From contig OY969938.1 in assembly GCA_963704755.1 (NCBI GenBank), forward strand, positions 4,440,001 through 4,472,000: a DNA stretch of 32,000 nt, in the 5' to 3' direction. This DNA comes from an uncultured Chloroflexia bacterium (GTDB lineage: Bacteria > Chloroflexota > Anaerolineae > Anaerolineales > Anaerolineaceae). The notes under the pieces are model-generated. The model made no database searches. It had not been told where the DNA came from and saw only the letters and a list, made by a program, of their open reading frames with translations. Position numbers and translations under genes: made by a program. Below are positions 23,058 to 32,000 of this stretch, one piece after another. Position 1 is the stretch's first letter. Each line of letters opens with the position of its first letter.

Positions 23058-26000
23058 TTATTTATTGTTGCCGATAAACGGGAAATAGTAGTAATACATG
23101 GTAGTGATGGTAATAGAGAAGGATTGGGTATCGGTTGCCTCGGAACCATCCTCCACCTGTAAGGACACGTAGTTATCTTCAACATCCCCATTCCCCGGAG
23201 TTCCACTGAGCGTTGCCGTCCCATCCCCATGATCTTCCAGGTTTAGCCAGGCTGGGAGGGAGAGGCTAGAGAAGGTCAGGGAATCGCCTGTATCGATATC
23301 ACTGGCTTGCACCAGGTAGGTGTAAACCCGGTTTACGCCGGCCATGGTCACGGGCGTACTGGCAAATGCCGGCGGATCATTGACCGGATTGAGGTTTACA
23401 TTAACGGTTAGGGTGGCCGTTTTATTGCCGTCAAATACTGCCACTACAAAACTGTCACTGCCATTGTAGTTCACATCGGGCGTATAGCTGATATCTTTGT
23501 GGTTGCCAGTACCTGAGACACTGGCAGTGCCGTGTCCTGCCTGGCTGTTGATGCTCCAGGTCAAGGCTTTTCCGGCGGGATCGATCGCGTCCAGATTCAA
23601 AGCAAACGGTGTCGGCGAATTGTCTTCGCTCATCGATACAGAGGTTGTGCTGAGGGAAGTAAAGGCGCTGACTTTTTCAACCCGCTGCTGGTGTTCATCG
23701 GTTATGTAAAGATGGCCACCCGGGTCGATTGCTAACGAAGAGGGGCCGTCAAATTGGCCGCTCGCGGAGCCGGATGAACCCCACATGTCAATGTAGTTGC
23801 CGGCGCTGTCAAATCGCTGAACCCGGTCGTTATTGTAATCGATCACGTAAACATTGCCGGTGCTGTCCACAACCAGGTCGTAAGCCCAAATGAATTGGCC
23901 CTCGCCGTTGCCGTAATCGCCGGACTGGCAACCGTTGGTGCAAATCTCAAACTGGCTGGCGCCATCTTGTACACCCCAGCCGTAAGTGAACAGGAAATTC
24001 CCGTCCTGATCGAATTTTTGGATGCGCCGGTTGCTGCCGTCGCTTACATATACGTCCCCGTTTCCATCCACGGCGACGCCATAGGGGTAATTGAACTGAC
24101 CGGCGCCGCCTCCGGAAATGCCGGATTGGCAGCCTGAAGTGCAGACCTGGAAAGCGCTGGTTCCATCGCTGATGCCCCAGCCCCAGGCAGCGATAAAGGA
24201 GCCATCGCTGGTAAACTTTTGAATGCGGTTGTCGTCATATTCAACGACATAAACCGAACCATCGTTTGGATCTACACTGATCCCGTAGGCATAAGCTAAC
24301 TGGCCGGCGCCACTCCCATAAATCCCCACCTGGCAGCCGGAGGTGCAGACTTCAAAAGCGGCGTCCCCATCGGAGACACCCCAGCCCCAGGTGGCAATGA
24401 AATTTCCATCACTATCAAACTTCTGGATGCGGTTGTTGCTTGAATCGTCGACATAGACCGAGCCGTCCCTGGGATCGACCGCGATGCCTTCCGGATATTC
24501 GAACTGACCTTCAGCGTGACCTTCCGCGCCCCAGGAGGTCACAAACGTTCCATCGCTGGCCAGTTTTTGAACCCGCTGGTTTTGCGTATCCAGCACATAG
24601 ACGAAGCTGCCGCTGCCATCCACAGCGATGCCATCGGGGTAAGAAAATTGGCCATTTCCGCTTCCAGACTGGCCGGCCTGACATTCAAGGCTGGTACAAA
24701 TTTGGAAAGTGTCGCTGCCGTCATCTACACCCCAGCCCCAGGCAGCCTCGAAATTATATTGATAATCTACAAACTCTGGTGAGAGGGCGGCAGTAATCGT
24801 TACATCGACGGTGATGGTATCGTTTTTCGCACCATCTGAAACGGCAACGATAAAGCTGTCACTGCCGTTGTAGCCCGTATCCGGTGTGTAACTAATATCT
24901 TTGCTGGTTCCTGTACCCGAGGCAGTAGCAGTGCCATTCGTAGCCTGGCTGCTGATACTCCAGGTTAATGTATCACTTTCAACATCCGTGGCGTGCAGGG
25001 TGAGGCCGAAGGGAGTAGGAGTGCCATCTTCGCTCATCGTCACGGACACCGGGTCTGTTTCGGTGATGACTGGGGCATCATCGACGGCCTCGATGGTCAC
25101 GTTGACGGTAACGGTGTCGGTTAATGAACCATCGCTGACCTGAACGTCGAAACTGTCGCTGCCGTTGTAATTCGAATTGGGGGTATAGCCAATGGCTTTG
25201 CTGCTTCCTGTGCCTGAAGCAGTAGCCGTGCCGTTCGTAGCCGCGCTGCTGATGCTCCAGGTCAATGTATCGTTTTCTGGATCTGTGGCGTTTAGCGTGA
25301 GGCTGAACGGAGTAGGGGCGCCATCTTCGCTCATGGTCACGGCTACTGGGCCGGTTTCGGTGATGCTGGGTGCATCGTTGATGGCATTAATGGTCACGTT
25401 AACTGTGGCGGTTGACGTCGCAGTGCCATCCGATACTTGTACGATGAAGCTGTCACTCCCGTTGTAATTTGCATCCGGGGTGTAACCAATGCTCTTGTTG
25501 TAGCCCGTGCCAGAAACATTGGCAGTACCATCGGTTGCCGGGCCGCTGATGCTCCAGGTAAGGCTGTCGCTGTTTGGATCGAGGGCGTGCATGGTCAGGC
25601 TGAAGGGAGTTGGTGAACCATCTTCATCCATCGTGACCGCAGTCGAGCTAAGGGGTGTAAAGGCGCTGGCTTTTTCAATGCGGTGGTTGTTCGTATCGGC
25701 AACATACAGGTTACCGCTTGGATCGACGGCCAAACCTTGAGGGCTAGTCAACTGGCTGCTCGAACTTCCGGATGAGCCCCACCGATCGATGTAGTTGCCT
25801 TCGCTGTCAAACCGCTGGACGCGCGTTGCGGTTGGATCGACTACGTAGACATTTCCAATACCGTCCAAAGCCAGCCCATAGGTCCATTCGAACTGGCCGT
25901 TACCGGTACCGAATGAGCCGGCCTGGCAGCCGGTGGTGCATACCTCGAATTGGCCGGCGCCGTCCTGCACCCCCCAGCCCCAGGTGCGCTGGAAATTTCC

Positions 26001-26912
26001 ATCCTGATCGAATTCTTGAACCCTCCGGTTACTTCCATCACCTAAATATACATTCCCGGTGCTGTCCACAACGATTCCATAGGGGTTGTGGAATTGACCT
26101 TCGCCGCTCCCACTAATACCGGCCTGGCAGCCCGTGGTGCAGACCTGAAAAGCACTGGTTCCATCGCTGACACCCCAACCCCAGGCGGCCAGGAAACTCC
26201 CGTCGCTGGCGAATTTTTCGATGCGGTTATTATTCTGATCGGTCACGTAGACCGATTGATCACTTTCGCCAACGGTTATGGCGTAGGGATTGCTTAACTG
26301 ACCAGCATTTGCCCCGGAGGTACCCGCCTGGCAGCTCGATGTACAGATTTGATAAGCGCTGCTTCCATCGGAAACGCCCCAACCCCAGGCAGCGATGAAA
26401 GCCCCATCGCTGGTAAACTTCTGGATGCGATTGTTGACTGAATCAACGACATAAACCGAGCCATCGACGGGATCCACCGCGATTCCTTCCGGAAATTCGA
26501 ACTGTCCTTCAGCAGTTCCCTGGTTGCCCCAGGCAGAGACGAAATTTCCGCTGCTGTCGAATTGTTGTATTCGATGGTTTCCAGTATCGCTTACATACAG
26601 GTAGCTGCCGCTAGAATCCACTGCGAGGGTTTCAGGGTTATGAAATTGGCCATCGCCGGTTCCAAATATGCCACCCTGACAACTGGGGCCGGTGCAAACC
26701 TGGTATGCTTCGGTCGTCCCGTCACTAACTCCCCAACCCCAGACGGCGGTGAAAGTATATTGGTAATCCACAATTTGTGGAGGCTGGTTTGGGTCCGCTT
26801 GAACACGCTGAATAGGGGAAATCGCCAGTGAAGCGATCAACATTATTGAAAGGATCAGAATTGTAAAACACGCGTGTATATACTGGGAAAACCCACGATC
26901 ATGGTTTGTCAT
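23058..26912 (-). CDS. Large secreted repeat protein: signal peptide, NHL propeller, 3 cadherin-like modules, second NHL propeller, 1 cadherin-like module, 1 Ig-like (He_PIG/dystroglycan-type) module
   Basis: I start the gene at ATG 26912, preceded by GGAGG with a 5-nt spacer, not the track TTG at 26939. The signal peptide CFTILILSIMLIASLAISPIQRVQA is followed by DP. There are twelve NHL-type blades (GxGxGQFxxPxGIAVDxxGxVYVxDxxNxRIQKFxxDGxF). Four modules of about 96 aa have the form TWSISxxATxGTAxxSGTGxxKxIxYTPxxxYNGSDSFxVxVSDG...VxVTIxAxNDAP. The last module is TYLVQASDIDTGDSLTFS...LPAWLNL...GTATLSGTP. Confidence 0.9.
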   Translation of the reverse strand: MTNHDRGFSQYIHACFTILILSIMLIASLAISPIQRVQADPNQPPQIVDYQYTFTAVWGWGVSDGTTEAYQVCTGPSCQGGIFGTGDGQFHNPETLAVDSSGSYLYVSDTGNHRIQQFDSSGNFVSAWGNQGTAEGQFEFPEGIAVDPVDGSVYVVDSVNNRIQKFTSDGAFIAAWGWGVSDGSSAYQICTSSCQAGTSGANAGQLSNPYAITVGESDQSVYVTDQNNNRIEKFASDGSFLAAWGWGVSDGTSAFQVCTTGCQAGISGSGEGQFHNPYGIVVDSTGNVYLGDGSNRRVQEFDQDGNFQRTWGWGVQDGAGQFEVCTTGCQAGSFGTGNGQFEWTYGLALDGIGNVYVVDPTATRVQRFDSEGNYIDRWGSSGSSSSQLTSPQGLAVDPSGNLYVADTNNHRIEKASAFTPLSSTAVTMDEDGSPTPFSLTMHALDPNSDSLTWSISGPATDGTANVSGTGYNKSIGYTPDANYNGSDSFIVQVSDGTATSTATVNVTINAINDAPSITETGPVAVTMSEDGAPTPFSLTLNATDPENDTLTWSISSAATNGTATASGTGSSKAIGYTPNSNYNGSDSFDVQVSDGSLTDTVTVNVTIEAVDDAPVITETDPVSVTMSEDGTPTPFGLTLHATDVESDTLTWSISSQATNGTATASGTGTSKDISYTPDTGYNGSDSFIVAVSDGAKNDTITVDVTITAALSPEFVDYQYNFEAAWGWGVDDGSDTFQICTSLECQAGQSGSGNGQFSYPDGIAVDGSGSFVYVLDTQNQRVQKLASDGTFVTSWGAEGHAEGQFEYPEGIAVDPRDGSVYVDDSSNNRIQKFDSDGNFIATWGWGVSDGDAAFEVCTSGCQVGIYGSGAGQLAYAYGISVDPNDGSVYVVEYDDNRIQKFTSDGSFIAAWGWGISDGTSAFQVCTSGCQSGISGGGAGQFNYPYGVAVDGNGDVYVSDGSNRRIQKFDQDGNFLFTYGWGVQDGASQFEICTNGCQSGDYGNGEGQFIWAYDLVVDSTGNVYVIDYNNDRVQRFDSAGNYIDMWGSSGSASGQFDGPSSLAIDPGGHLYITDEHQQRVEKVSAFTSLSTTSVSMSEDNSPTPFALNLDAIDPAGKALTWSINSQAGHGTASVSGTGNHKDISYTPDVNYNGSDSFVVAVFDGNKTATLTVNVNLNPVNDPPAFASTPVTMAGVNRVYTYLVQASDIDTGDSLTFSSLSLPAWLNLEDHGDGTATLSGTPGNGDVEDNYVSLQVEDGSEATDTQSFSITITTMYYYYFPFIGNNK
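24786..25664 (-). repeat. Three tandem coding repeats of about 290 bp (cadherin-like modules) inside the NHL protein gene
   Basis: Protein residues about 426-718 (track numbering) consist of three consecutive, highly similar modules. The look-alike antisense ORFs at 24901, 25192 and 25507 (MLVPVPEAVAVPFVA..., MALLLPVPEAVAVPFVA..., MPETLAVPSVA...) reflect the same DNA repeat. Confidence 0.85.
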
Positions 26913-27221
26913 TAAATCCTCCGGAAAAATTAGGGACAATTGGATTTTAGATGATTGGATGGATTTTTGATCCGCATAACCATTCAGCCATCTAGAAAAT
27001 CATGGATCGAATTGGTAAAACGCTATTCCAGATCTATGATTATTCTTGGCGGAGGATTTTCAAGGTTGTTCGCTGCATTTCCCCGTGACGCCAATAATAT
27101 GGTGCTAAACAGTAATTTTGAGATTCGCAAGATAATCACTCAAAACCATTTTTCATTATATACATCTTTGGATTTCAAGGAGTAAAAAATCCGTTAAAGT
27201 TTAGATAAATTGTCCGAATCA

Positions 27222-27290
27222 AAGAACAGGGAGTTGTGGTAGTTTTTCGTGTGCGAAGCACGCGAAAAACTACCACAACTCCCTGTTCTT
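27222..27290. repeat. 33-bp hairpin with a GCGAAGC apex (copy 2 of the shared-core element)
   Basis: AAGAACAGGGAGTTGTGGTAGTTTTTCGTGTGC (27222-27254), loop GAA, GCACGCGAAAAACTACCACAACTCCCTGTTCTT (27258-27290). The only imperfection is one G-U. It lies downstream of the pnp terminator and about 310 nt upstream of the NHL protein start. Confidence 0.75.
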
Positions 27291-27319
27291 GCCGGAAATC
27301 TGGGAAGTTACAATAAACA

Positions 27320-27350
27320 AAAACCCCTCTAGTTTTGGTAGAGGGGTTTT
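27320..27350 (-). terminator. Intrinsic terminator of pnp
   Basis: The minus-strand RNA reads AAAACCCCUCUA, loop CCAAAAC, UAGAGGGGUUUU, followed by UGUUUAUUGU. This is a 12-bp stem with a U-rich tail, 20 nt after the pnp stop. Confidence 0.8.
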
Positions 27351-27369
27351 ATTGTTACGAGAATGTGAT

Positions 27370-29592
27370 TTAGTGCCGGTTACTGCCGCCGCGGCGGTCA
27401 AAGTGCCCGCGATCGCCGCCGTTACCCCGGTTGCCACCCGGGCGCCCGCCGCTATTCCGGCTGCGGTTGTCCCGGTCGCTGGCCTGGGCTTCTTCCAGGG
27501 TCCAGCCTTCCAGTACGGCCTGGCGCGAGAGGCGGATCTTGCCGGCATCGTCGATGCCGGTGATCATCACAGTGATCTCGTCGCCGACTTGAACTACATC
27601 CTCCACGCTGGCTACCCGTTCGGTATCCAATTGGGAGATGTGGACCATACCATCGGTGTTGGGCAGGATTTCGACAAAAGCGCCGAAATCGGTCGTGCGT
27701 ACCACTTTTCCGGTGTAGATCCGGCCCAATTGCGGGACCTCGATCAGGCTTTCGATGCGCTCCCGGGCGGCCGCTTCGGCGAGACCGTCGGTGGCAGCGA
27801 TGAAGATCGTGCCGTCGTCGTCGATGTCGATCTTGGTGTTGGTCTCTTCCTGGATCGCGCGGATCATTTTACCGCCGGGGCCGATGATTGCGCCAATCTT
27901 TTCCACCGGGATCTGGATTGTCGTAATCCGTGGGGCGTGCGGTTTGAGGTCGGGGCGCGGTTCGGCGATCACTTCCAGCATCTTGCCAAGGATAAACAGG
28001 CGTGCTTTGCGGGCCTGTTCCAAAGCCTGGGTCATGATCTCGGCTGTGATGCCCTTGATTTTAATATCCATCTGCAGGGCAGTGATACCTTCCCAGGTAC
28101 CGGCGACTTTGAAGTCCATGTCACCCAGGTGATCTTCCATGCCCATGATGTCGGTCAGGATCTGGAAACGATCCTGTTCTTTGATCAAGCCCATGGCCAC
28201 ACCGGCCACCGGCGACTTGATGGGAACACCCGTGTCCATCAAAGCCAGCGTCGAGCCACAAACAGAGGCCATCGAGGAGGATCCGTTGGATGAAAGCACT
28301 TCGGATACCAGCCGCAGCGTGTAGGGGAAGACCTTTTCATCCGGAATGACCGGAACCAGGGCCCGTTCTGCCAGGGCGCCGTGACCAATCTCACGACGGG
28401 ACTGGCCGCCCATCCGTTTGACCTCACCGGTGCAGTAAGGCGGGAAATTGTAGTGGTGAATGTAGCGTTTCGAATCGATCGGGCTGAGGTTATCCAGTTC
28501 CTGGGCTTCCTTGGGGGTTCCCAGCGTGGCCAGGGTGATGACCTGGGTCTCGCCGCGAGTGAACAGGCCGGAGCCATGCGCACGCGGGGATACACCCACC
28601 TCGCACCAAATCGGGCGGATCTCGGTGGTGTTACGGCCATCCGGGCGTACGCCTTTTTCAAGGATACGGCCGCGGACAACCTCTTTGAGCACAGTCTCGA
28701 ATGCTTCCGGGATCTGCGGCTTGAAGGTTTCGTCCTCAGCGGTCAACTCGGCGGTGATGCTATCACGCAGCGCATCGATGCCGCCGTACATTTCGGCTTT
28801 CTTGTAGGGTGCTTCGAACAGGGTTTGCAACCCGGCGACGGCCTTTGCGCGGACCTGCTCGATCAGGTTGGGGTCGACCCCGCCTAACTCAACTTCGCGC
28901 TTGGTTTTGCCGATCTCGGCTGCCATCTTCTCCTGCGCTTCGATAAGCGGTTGGAGGGATTGGTGACCGAAGAGCAGCGCTTTGACCATATCCTCTTCGG
29001 AGATGATATCGGAACCGCATTCGACCATCAGGATCGCATCACGCGTGCCGGCAATACGCAGGTCGATATCCGACTGCTCTCTCTCTGAGAAAGTTGGGTT
29101 AGCGACCAGTTCACCATTGACTCGTCCGATACGCACGGCGCCGATTGGGCCACCCCAGGGGATATCGGAGATCATCAAAGCAGCCGAAGCGGCATTGACA
29201 GCCAGCATATCCAGGGCATTTTCCGTGTCCGCGGAGAGCGAAAACATGATGACCTGAACCTCATTGCGCATGTGTTCAGGGAAGAGCGGCCGGATCGGGC
29301 GGTCGGTCAGGCGCGAGATGAGAATGGCGTCCTCACTCGGTTTGCCTTCGCGGCGGAAAAACGAACCCGGGATACGCCCACCGGCGTACATCCGTTCTTC
29401 ATAATCTACTGTCAGCGGGAAGAAATCGGTCCCTTCCCGAACGCCGCCCATTGTTGCGGCAGCAAAAACAATTGTATCGCCGAGCCGGACGGTGACTGCA
29501 CCGCCCGCCTGCCCGGCCAGCTTGCCCGTTTCGATGGTAATTGTGTGACCACCGACCACGGCTGGATATTGCCTGGCTTCAGGTTTGTCCAT
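27370..29592 (-). CDS. pnp: Polyribonucleotide nucleotidyltransferase (PNPase)
   Basis: 740 aa. It has two RNase PH-like domains ([28 protein letters not shown]; [21 protein letters not shown]; [17 protein letters not shown]), a KH domain ([19 protein letters not shown]) and an S1 domain ([31 protein letters not shown]), plus an Arg/Gly-rich tail. Confidence 0.97.
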   Translation of the reverse strand: MDKPEARQYPAVVGGHTITIETGKLAGQAGGAVTVRLGDTIVFAAATMGGVREGTDFFPLTVDYEERMYAGGRIPGSFFRREGKPSEDAILISRLTDRPIRPLFPEHMRNEVQVIMFSLSADTENALDMLAVNAASAALMISDIPWGGPIGAVRIGRVNGELVANPTFSEREQSDIDLRIAGTRDAILMVECGSDIISEEDMVKALLFGHQSLQPLIEAQEKMAAEIGKTKREVELGGVDPNLIEQVRAKAVAGLQTLFEAPYKKAEMYGGIDALRDSITAELTAEDETFKPQIPEAFETVLKEVVRGRILEKGVRPDGRNTTEIRPIWCEVGVSPRAHGSGLFTRGETQVITLATLGTPKEAQELDNLSPIDSKRYIHHYNFPPYCTGEVKRMGGQSRREIGHGALAERALVPVIPDEKVFPYTLRLVSEVLSSNGSSSMASVCGSTLALMDTGVPIKSPVAGVAMGLIKEQDRFQILTDIMGMEDHLGDMDFKVAGTWEGITALQMDIKIKGITAEIMTQALEQARKARLFILGKMLEVIAEPRPDLKPHAPRITTIQIPVEKIGAIIGPGGKMIRAIQEETNTKIDIDDDGTIFIAATDGLAEAAARERIESLIEVPQLGRIYTGKVVRTTDFGAFVEILPNTDGMVHISQLDTERVASVEDVVQVGDEITVMITGIDDAGKIRLSRQAVLEGWTLEEAQASDRDNRSRNSGGRPGGNRGNGGDRGHFDRRGGSNRH

Positions 29593-29722
29593 TTTGGTCC
29601 TCTCTTACCCCCTTTTATGGTTAGGGACTGAAAGCTGCGGAGGAAATACTCCTCACCAGGTTTCAATTCCCAACCAGGGGGCAGCAAAAAAAAGAAATTG
29701 TCGCGGAAACTTAGCGGACTTG

Positions 29723-29760
29723 AAACGAGTAGATGGATTATGGTTCCCATCTACTCGTTT
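29723..29760 (-). terminator. Hairpin after rpsO (rpsO terminator/attenuator or pnp leader structure)
   Basis: AAACGAGTAGATGG (29723-29736) pairs perfectly with CCATCTACTCGTTT (29747-29760): a 14-bp stem. On the minus strand it begins 13 nt after the rpsO stop. There is no strong U-tract, so it may allow read-through into pnp, as in the E. coli rpsO-pnp operon. Confidence 0.5.
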
Positions 29761-29772
29761 TACAAAATCGTA

Positions 29773-30045
29773 TTAGCGATACCGTAAGTTCAACCGCTCG
29801 ATAATTGCCTGATACCGCGCCAAATCGTTACGACGAAGGTAGGCCAGCAGCCGGCGGCGATGACCAACCAGCTTGAGCAGCCCACGCCGTGAACTTTCAT
29901 CGTGTTTGTTAGCCCGTAAGTGCTCGGTCAGTTGAGAAATGCGTTTGCTCAACATTGCGATCTGTACTTCCGGCGAACCCGTGTCATTCTCATGACGCTG
30001 ATATCCACCGATCAACTCGGTTTTAGCTTCTTTTGTTAATCCCAT
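29773..30045 (-). CDS. rpsO: 30S ribosomal protein S15
   Basis: 90 aa. [71 protein letters not shown] is the S15 signature. Conserved rpsO-pnp pair. Confidence 0.97.
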   Translation of the reverse strand: MGLTKEAKTELIGGYQRHENDTGSPEVQIAMLSKRISQLTEHLRANKHDESSRRGLLKLVGHRRRLLAYLRRNDLARYQAIIERLNLRYR

Positions 30046-30129
30046 GACGTCTGCTATCTCCTATTTTTGATTTTGAGCAGGTCTCCATACCCATAGCTTA
30101 CACCACAGGCAGGTCCAGTCAGTTGGGAA

Positions 30130-30138
30130 ATTATACCA
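30130..30138 (-). promoter_or_regulatory. Candidate extended -10 element for rpsO
   Basis: The minus strand reads TGGTATAAT (TGnTATAAT) about 85 nt upstream of the rpsO ATG. No good -35 box is visible. Confidence 0.35.
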
Positions 30139-30278
30139 TAAAACTACGATTGGGGTGGGAGCGATACCTTATCGTAACATTTTAATCTGAGGCATTACGA
30201 GCGCGGAGAATTCACACTACGAACTTTTCCGGTCTAAATTGCATATAGTTAAGCAGAGATCGATCTACAGGAGAACCA

Positions 30279-30851
30279 TTGCCAAATCAATCACCATCCA
30301 TCAATTCTGCCAACCCGGATTCCTTTGCCGAGCTTTATGAAAAGTACAAGAACCTGGTTTTCAAAACCGCTTTTCTGATCCTCGGCGACGCCAGTGAAGC
30401 AGAAGAAGCTCTGCAGGAAGTTTTCCTTTTGGTTTACCGTTCCCTCGAACGGTACGACGCCAAAAAGGGAGCTTTCAGCACATGGCTGCATCGAATTACG
30501 CTGAACTACTGTCTCAGTCATCGCCGCAAACGACGTCTTATTGAAGAGGGGTTGGAAGGCGAACCACAAAGAATAATTGACCCCAAAAATGACCCCGGCG
30601 AAAGAATAGAAAAGGAACCTTTTTATAAAGTTATCCAAGCATTGAGCAATAAACAGAAGGCAGTGATCATCCTGCGCTACTACTGGGAATTGCCTTATGC
30701 TGAAATTGCTTCGATCCTCAATGTTCCGCTGGGAACGGTAAAATCGCGCCTCGAATCAGCTCTAAATATGTTAAGAAAATCGTTGGGCGAGGAAACACTT
30801 GGCATTGGTTCACGAATGCCTAAAAACGTGGAGGAGGAAGATGAACTGTAA
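30279..30851 (+). CDS. ECF-type RNA polymerase sigma factor (sigma-70 family, group 4)
   Basis: 190 aa. Region 2 is FAELYEKYKNLVFKTAFLILGDASEAEEALQEVFLLVYRSL...FSTWLHRITLNYCLSHRRKR and region 4 is QKAVIILRYYWELPYAEIASILNVPLGTVKSRL. TTG start with AGGAG 5 nt upstream. Confidence 0.88.
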   Translation: MPNQSPSINSANPDSFAELYEKYKNLVFKTAFLILGDASEAEEALQEVFLLVYRSLERYDAKKGAFSTWLHRITLNYCLSHRRKRRLIEEGLEGEPQRIIDPKNDPGERIEKEPFYKVIQALSNKQKAVIILRYYWELPYAEIASILNVPLGTVKSRLESALNMLRKSLGEETLGIGSRMPKNVEEEDEL

Positions 30852-32000
30852 TCAAGTAAGAACCGCACTGGTTGCTTATCTGGATGGTGAAGGCACACCC
30901 GAGACTCGTAAGGAGATTGCCGAACACCTGGCTATTTGTGCTGAGTGCAGGCAAGCCTGTACCTCTCTCGTTGCCATTCAGGAATCGACCCGCCAGGGAC
31001 TGCAGACCCTGGCTGCATATGCAGAACCCTCTCCACAGGCCTGGGAACGAATCCGGGCCGGCATAGCGAAGAGCGCGCCTCCTTCGCAACACTCCCTCCG
31101 CGCCTGGCTGGCCAGCCATTTCGCGTGGAATCCACTTCTTGAAGGAGAAATACTGATGAAAAAGAAAATGTTTGCACCCATTGTGGTGGCTTTTGCTGTG
31201 ATCTTGACCACAGCACTGGTCTTGAGCCAACACATTCCTACCGTCTCTGCTCAACAAATTCTGGACCGGGCCTATGCTGCCCAAACCGCACCAGCCCCGA
31301 CCGAGGGCATCGAGCACACCCGTACCGAGATTTATAGCAATGTTCAGGCACAGACCGGAGTAAACGCCGGCAGCCGGGCGATCATCGAAAGTTACCTCGA
31401 CATCAAAAGCGGTAAGTATCGCACTCTGGTCACCGATGAAGCCAGCGGACAGCTTATCGACCTCTCGGCCTTCGATGGCACATACATTTATTATCTGCAA
31501 ACCGATGCTGCCGCCAGCGATCCGGTGACGATCTACCGCACTCCCCTGGCCAACATGGTGACGACGAAAGAGGAAACAACTCAATATCCCGCGCAAACGG
31601 CCGAGCAGCAGTTCAACCAATTCCGCAGCAACCCCAACGTAACCCTGGTGGGCAAACAAACCTGGACGGACGGGAGCGAAGTGTATGTGCTGAAATCTCA
31701 ACAGCCGGTCAAGATCATGGTGGAAGGCCAGGTGCAGATCCCGGAAGGCACTTCAACCATGACCTTCGATGCCAACACCTACGCGATGCTCGAAAACAAG
31801 GTAACCGTCAAGCTGGACGGTCAAGATGTAACGGTCATGCAGAACCGCTATCTTGCCGACGAAATTCTTCCGGCAGATACCGCCGTTGCCTGGGATTTGA
31901 GCGACTTGAAAGGCATAAGCATCAAGGATTTACCTGTCAGCCAGGCCCAACCCGGCAATCTACCGCCCGTAACGATCGACCAGGATGAACTGGCCAAACA
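30841..32000 (+). CDS. Anti-sigma factor (zf-HC2) with one TM helix and a large extracytoplasmic domain; 3' end lies outside the window
   Basis: This ORF is absent from the ORF track because no stop is reached in the window. ATG 30841 overlaps the sigma gene end by 11 nt. The translation MNCNQVRTALVAYLDGEGTPETRKEIAEHLAICAECRQAC contains the H-x3-C-x2-C anti-sigma zinc motif. It is followed by KKKMFAPIVVAFAVILTTALVL (TM helix) and an open frame to nt 32000. Confidence 0.8.
   Translation, partial: MNCNQVRTALVAYLDGEGTPETRKEIAEHLAICAECRQACTSLVAIQESTRQGLQTLAAYAEPSPQAWERIRAGIAKSAPPSQHSLRAWLASHFAWNPLLEGEILMKKKMFAPIVVAFAVILTTALVLSQHIPTVSAQQILDRAYAAQTAPAPTEGIEHTRTEIYSNVQAQTGVNAGSRAIIESYLDIKSGKYRTLVTDEASGQLIDLSAFDGTYIYYLQTDAAASDPVTIYRTPLANMVTTKEETTQYPAQTAEQQFNQFRSNPNVTLVGKQTWTDGSEVYVLKSQQPVKIMVEGQVQIPEGTSTMTFDANTYAMLENKVTVKLDGQDVTVMQNRYLADEILPADTAVAWDLSDLKGISIKDLPVSQAQPGNLPPVTIDQDELAK

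Noticed and set aside
24786-25664. Regularly spaced repeats of about 290 bp that could superficially suggest a repeat array
   Set aside because: They are in-frame coding repeats (cadherin-like modules) of one large ORF. They are not a CRISPR or satellite array: the repeats are long and diverged, with no short spacers.
26955-27185. A 76-aa plus-strand ORF upstream of the NHL protein gene
   Set aside because: It lies in an AT-rich region that most likely holds the promoter and 5' UTR of the minus-strand giant gene. It has no SD, no recognisable motifs and a composition unlike the neighbouring genes.
27289-28293. A 334-aa plus-strand ORF, along with 27755-28132, 28381-28887 and other ORFs inside the pnp locus
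   Set aside because: These are antisense shadow ORFs within a strongly supported PNPase gene. The translations are Ala/Gly/Asp/Arg-rich low-complexity sequence with no recognisable motifs and no SD.
30820-31701. A 293-aa minus-strand ORF overlapping the end of the sigma gene
   Set aside because: The plus-strand frame that starts at 30841 carries a textbook zf-HC2 anti-sigma motif and a TM helix, and it is translationally coupled to the ECF sigma gene. The minus-strand ORF is Gly/Arg/Pro-rich shadow sequence.

Overview
This is a densely coding, mostly core-genome window. By eye I found no rRNA, tRNA, CRISPR array, transposase or integrase. Gene order from left to right:
- 3' end of rpoA, then rplQ, truA, rplM and rpsI.
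- A YabN-type methylase-MazG fusion.
- On the minus strand, a tryptophanase-type lyase (tnaA) followed by a DUF3887-like lipoprotein.
- A 660-bp intergenic region with an unexplained GC-rich core.
- A three-gene envelope module: a DUF4097 / LiaX-YvlB-like beta-helix protein, a membrane protein that shares its SHOCT-like motif, and a two-TM protein.
- An eight-gene complex I membrane-arm operon, nuoA-H-J-K-L-M-M'-N. It has two nuoM paralogues and a 726-aa NuoL, and no nuoB/C/D/I.
- A convergent ABC-2 exporter pair, then murE.
- A roughly 1284-aa secreted protein made of two six-bladed NHL propellers with CX3-4C inserts, four cadherin-like modules and one Ig-like module.
- pnp and rpsO.
- An ECF sigma / zf-HC2 anti-sigma pair that runs off the right edge.

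The main non-coding feature is a set of unusually long, near-perfect hairpins (18-33 bp stems) in intergenic regions. Two of them share an almost identical apex of about 27 nt around GCGAAGC, and their T-run/A-run polarity is the opposite of an intrinsic terminator.

My lineage guess is a monoderm-type bacterium, possibly Chloroflexota; this is inference only. I see no convincing defence island or mobile element. The best candidates for follow-up are the 2M-type complex I arm, the LiaX-like module, the hairpin family and the NHL giant protein.
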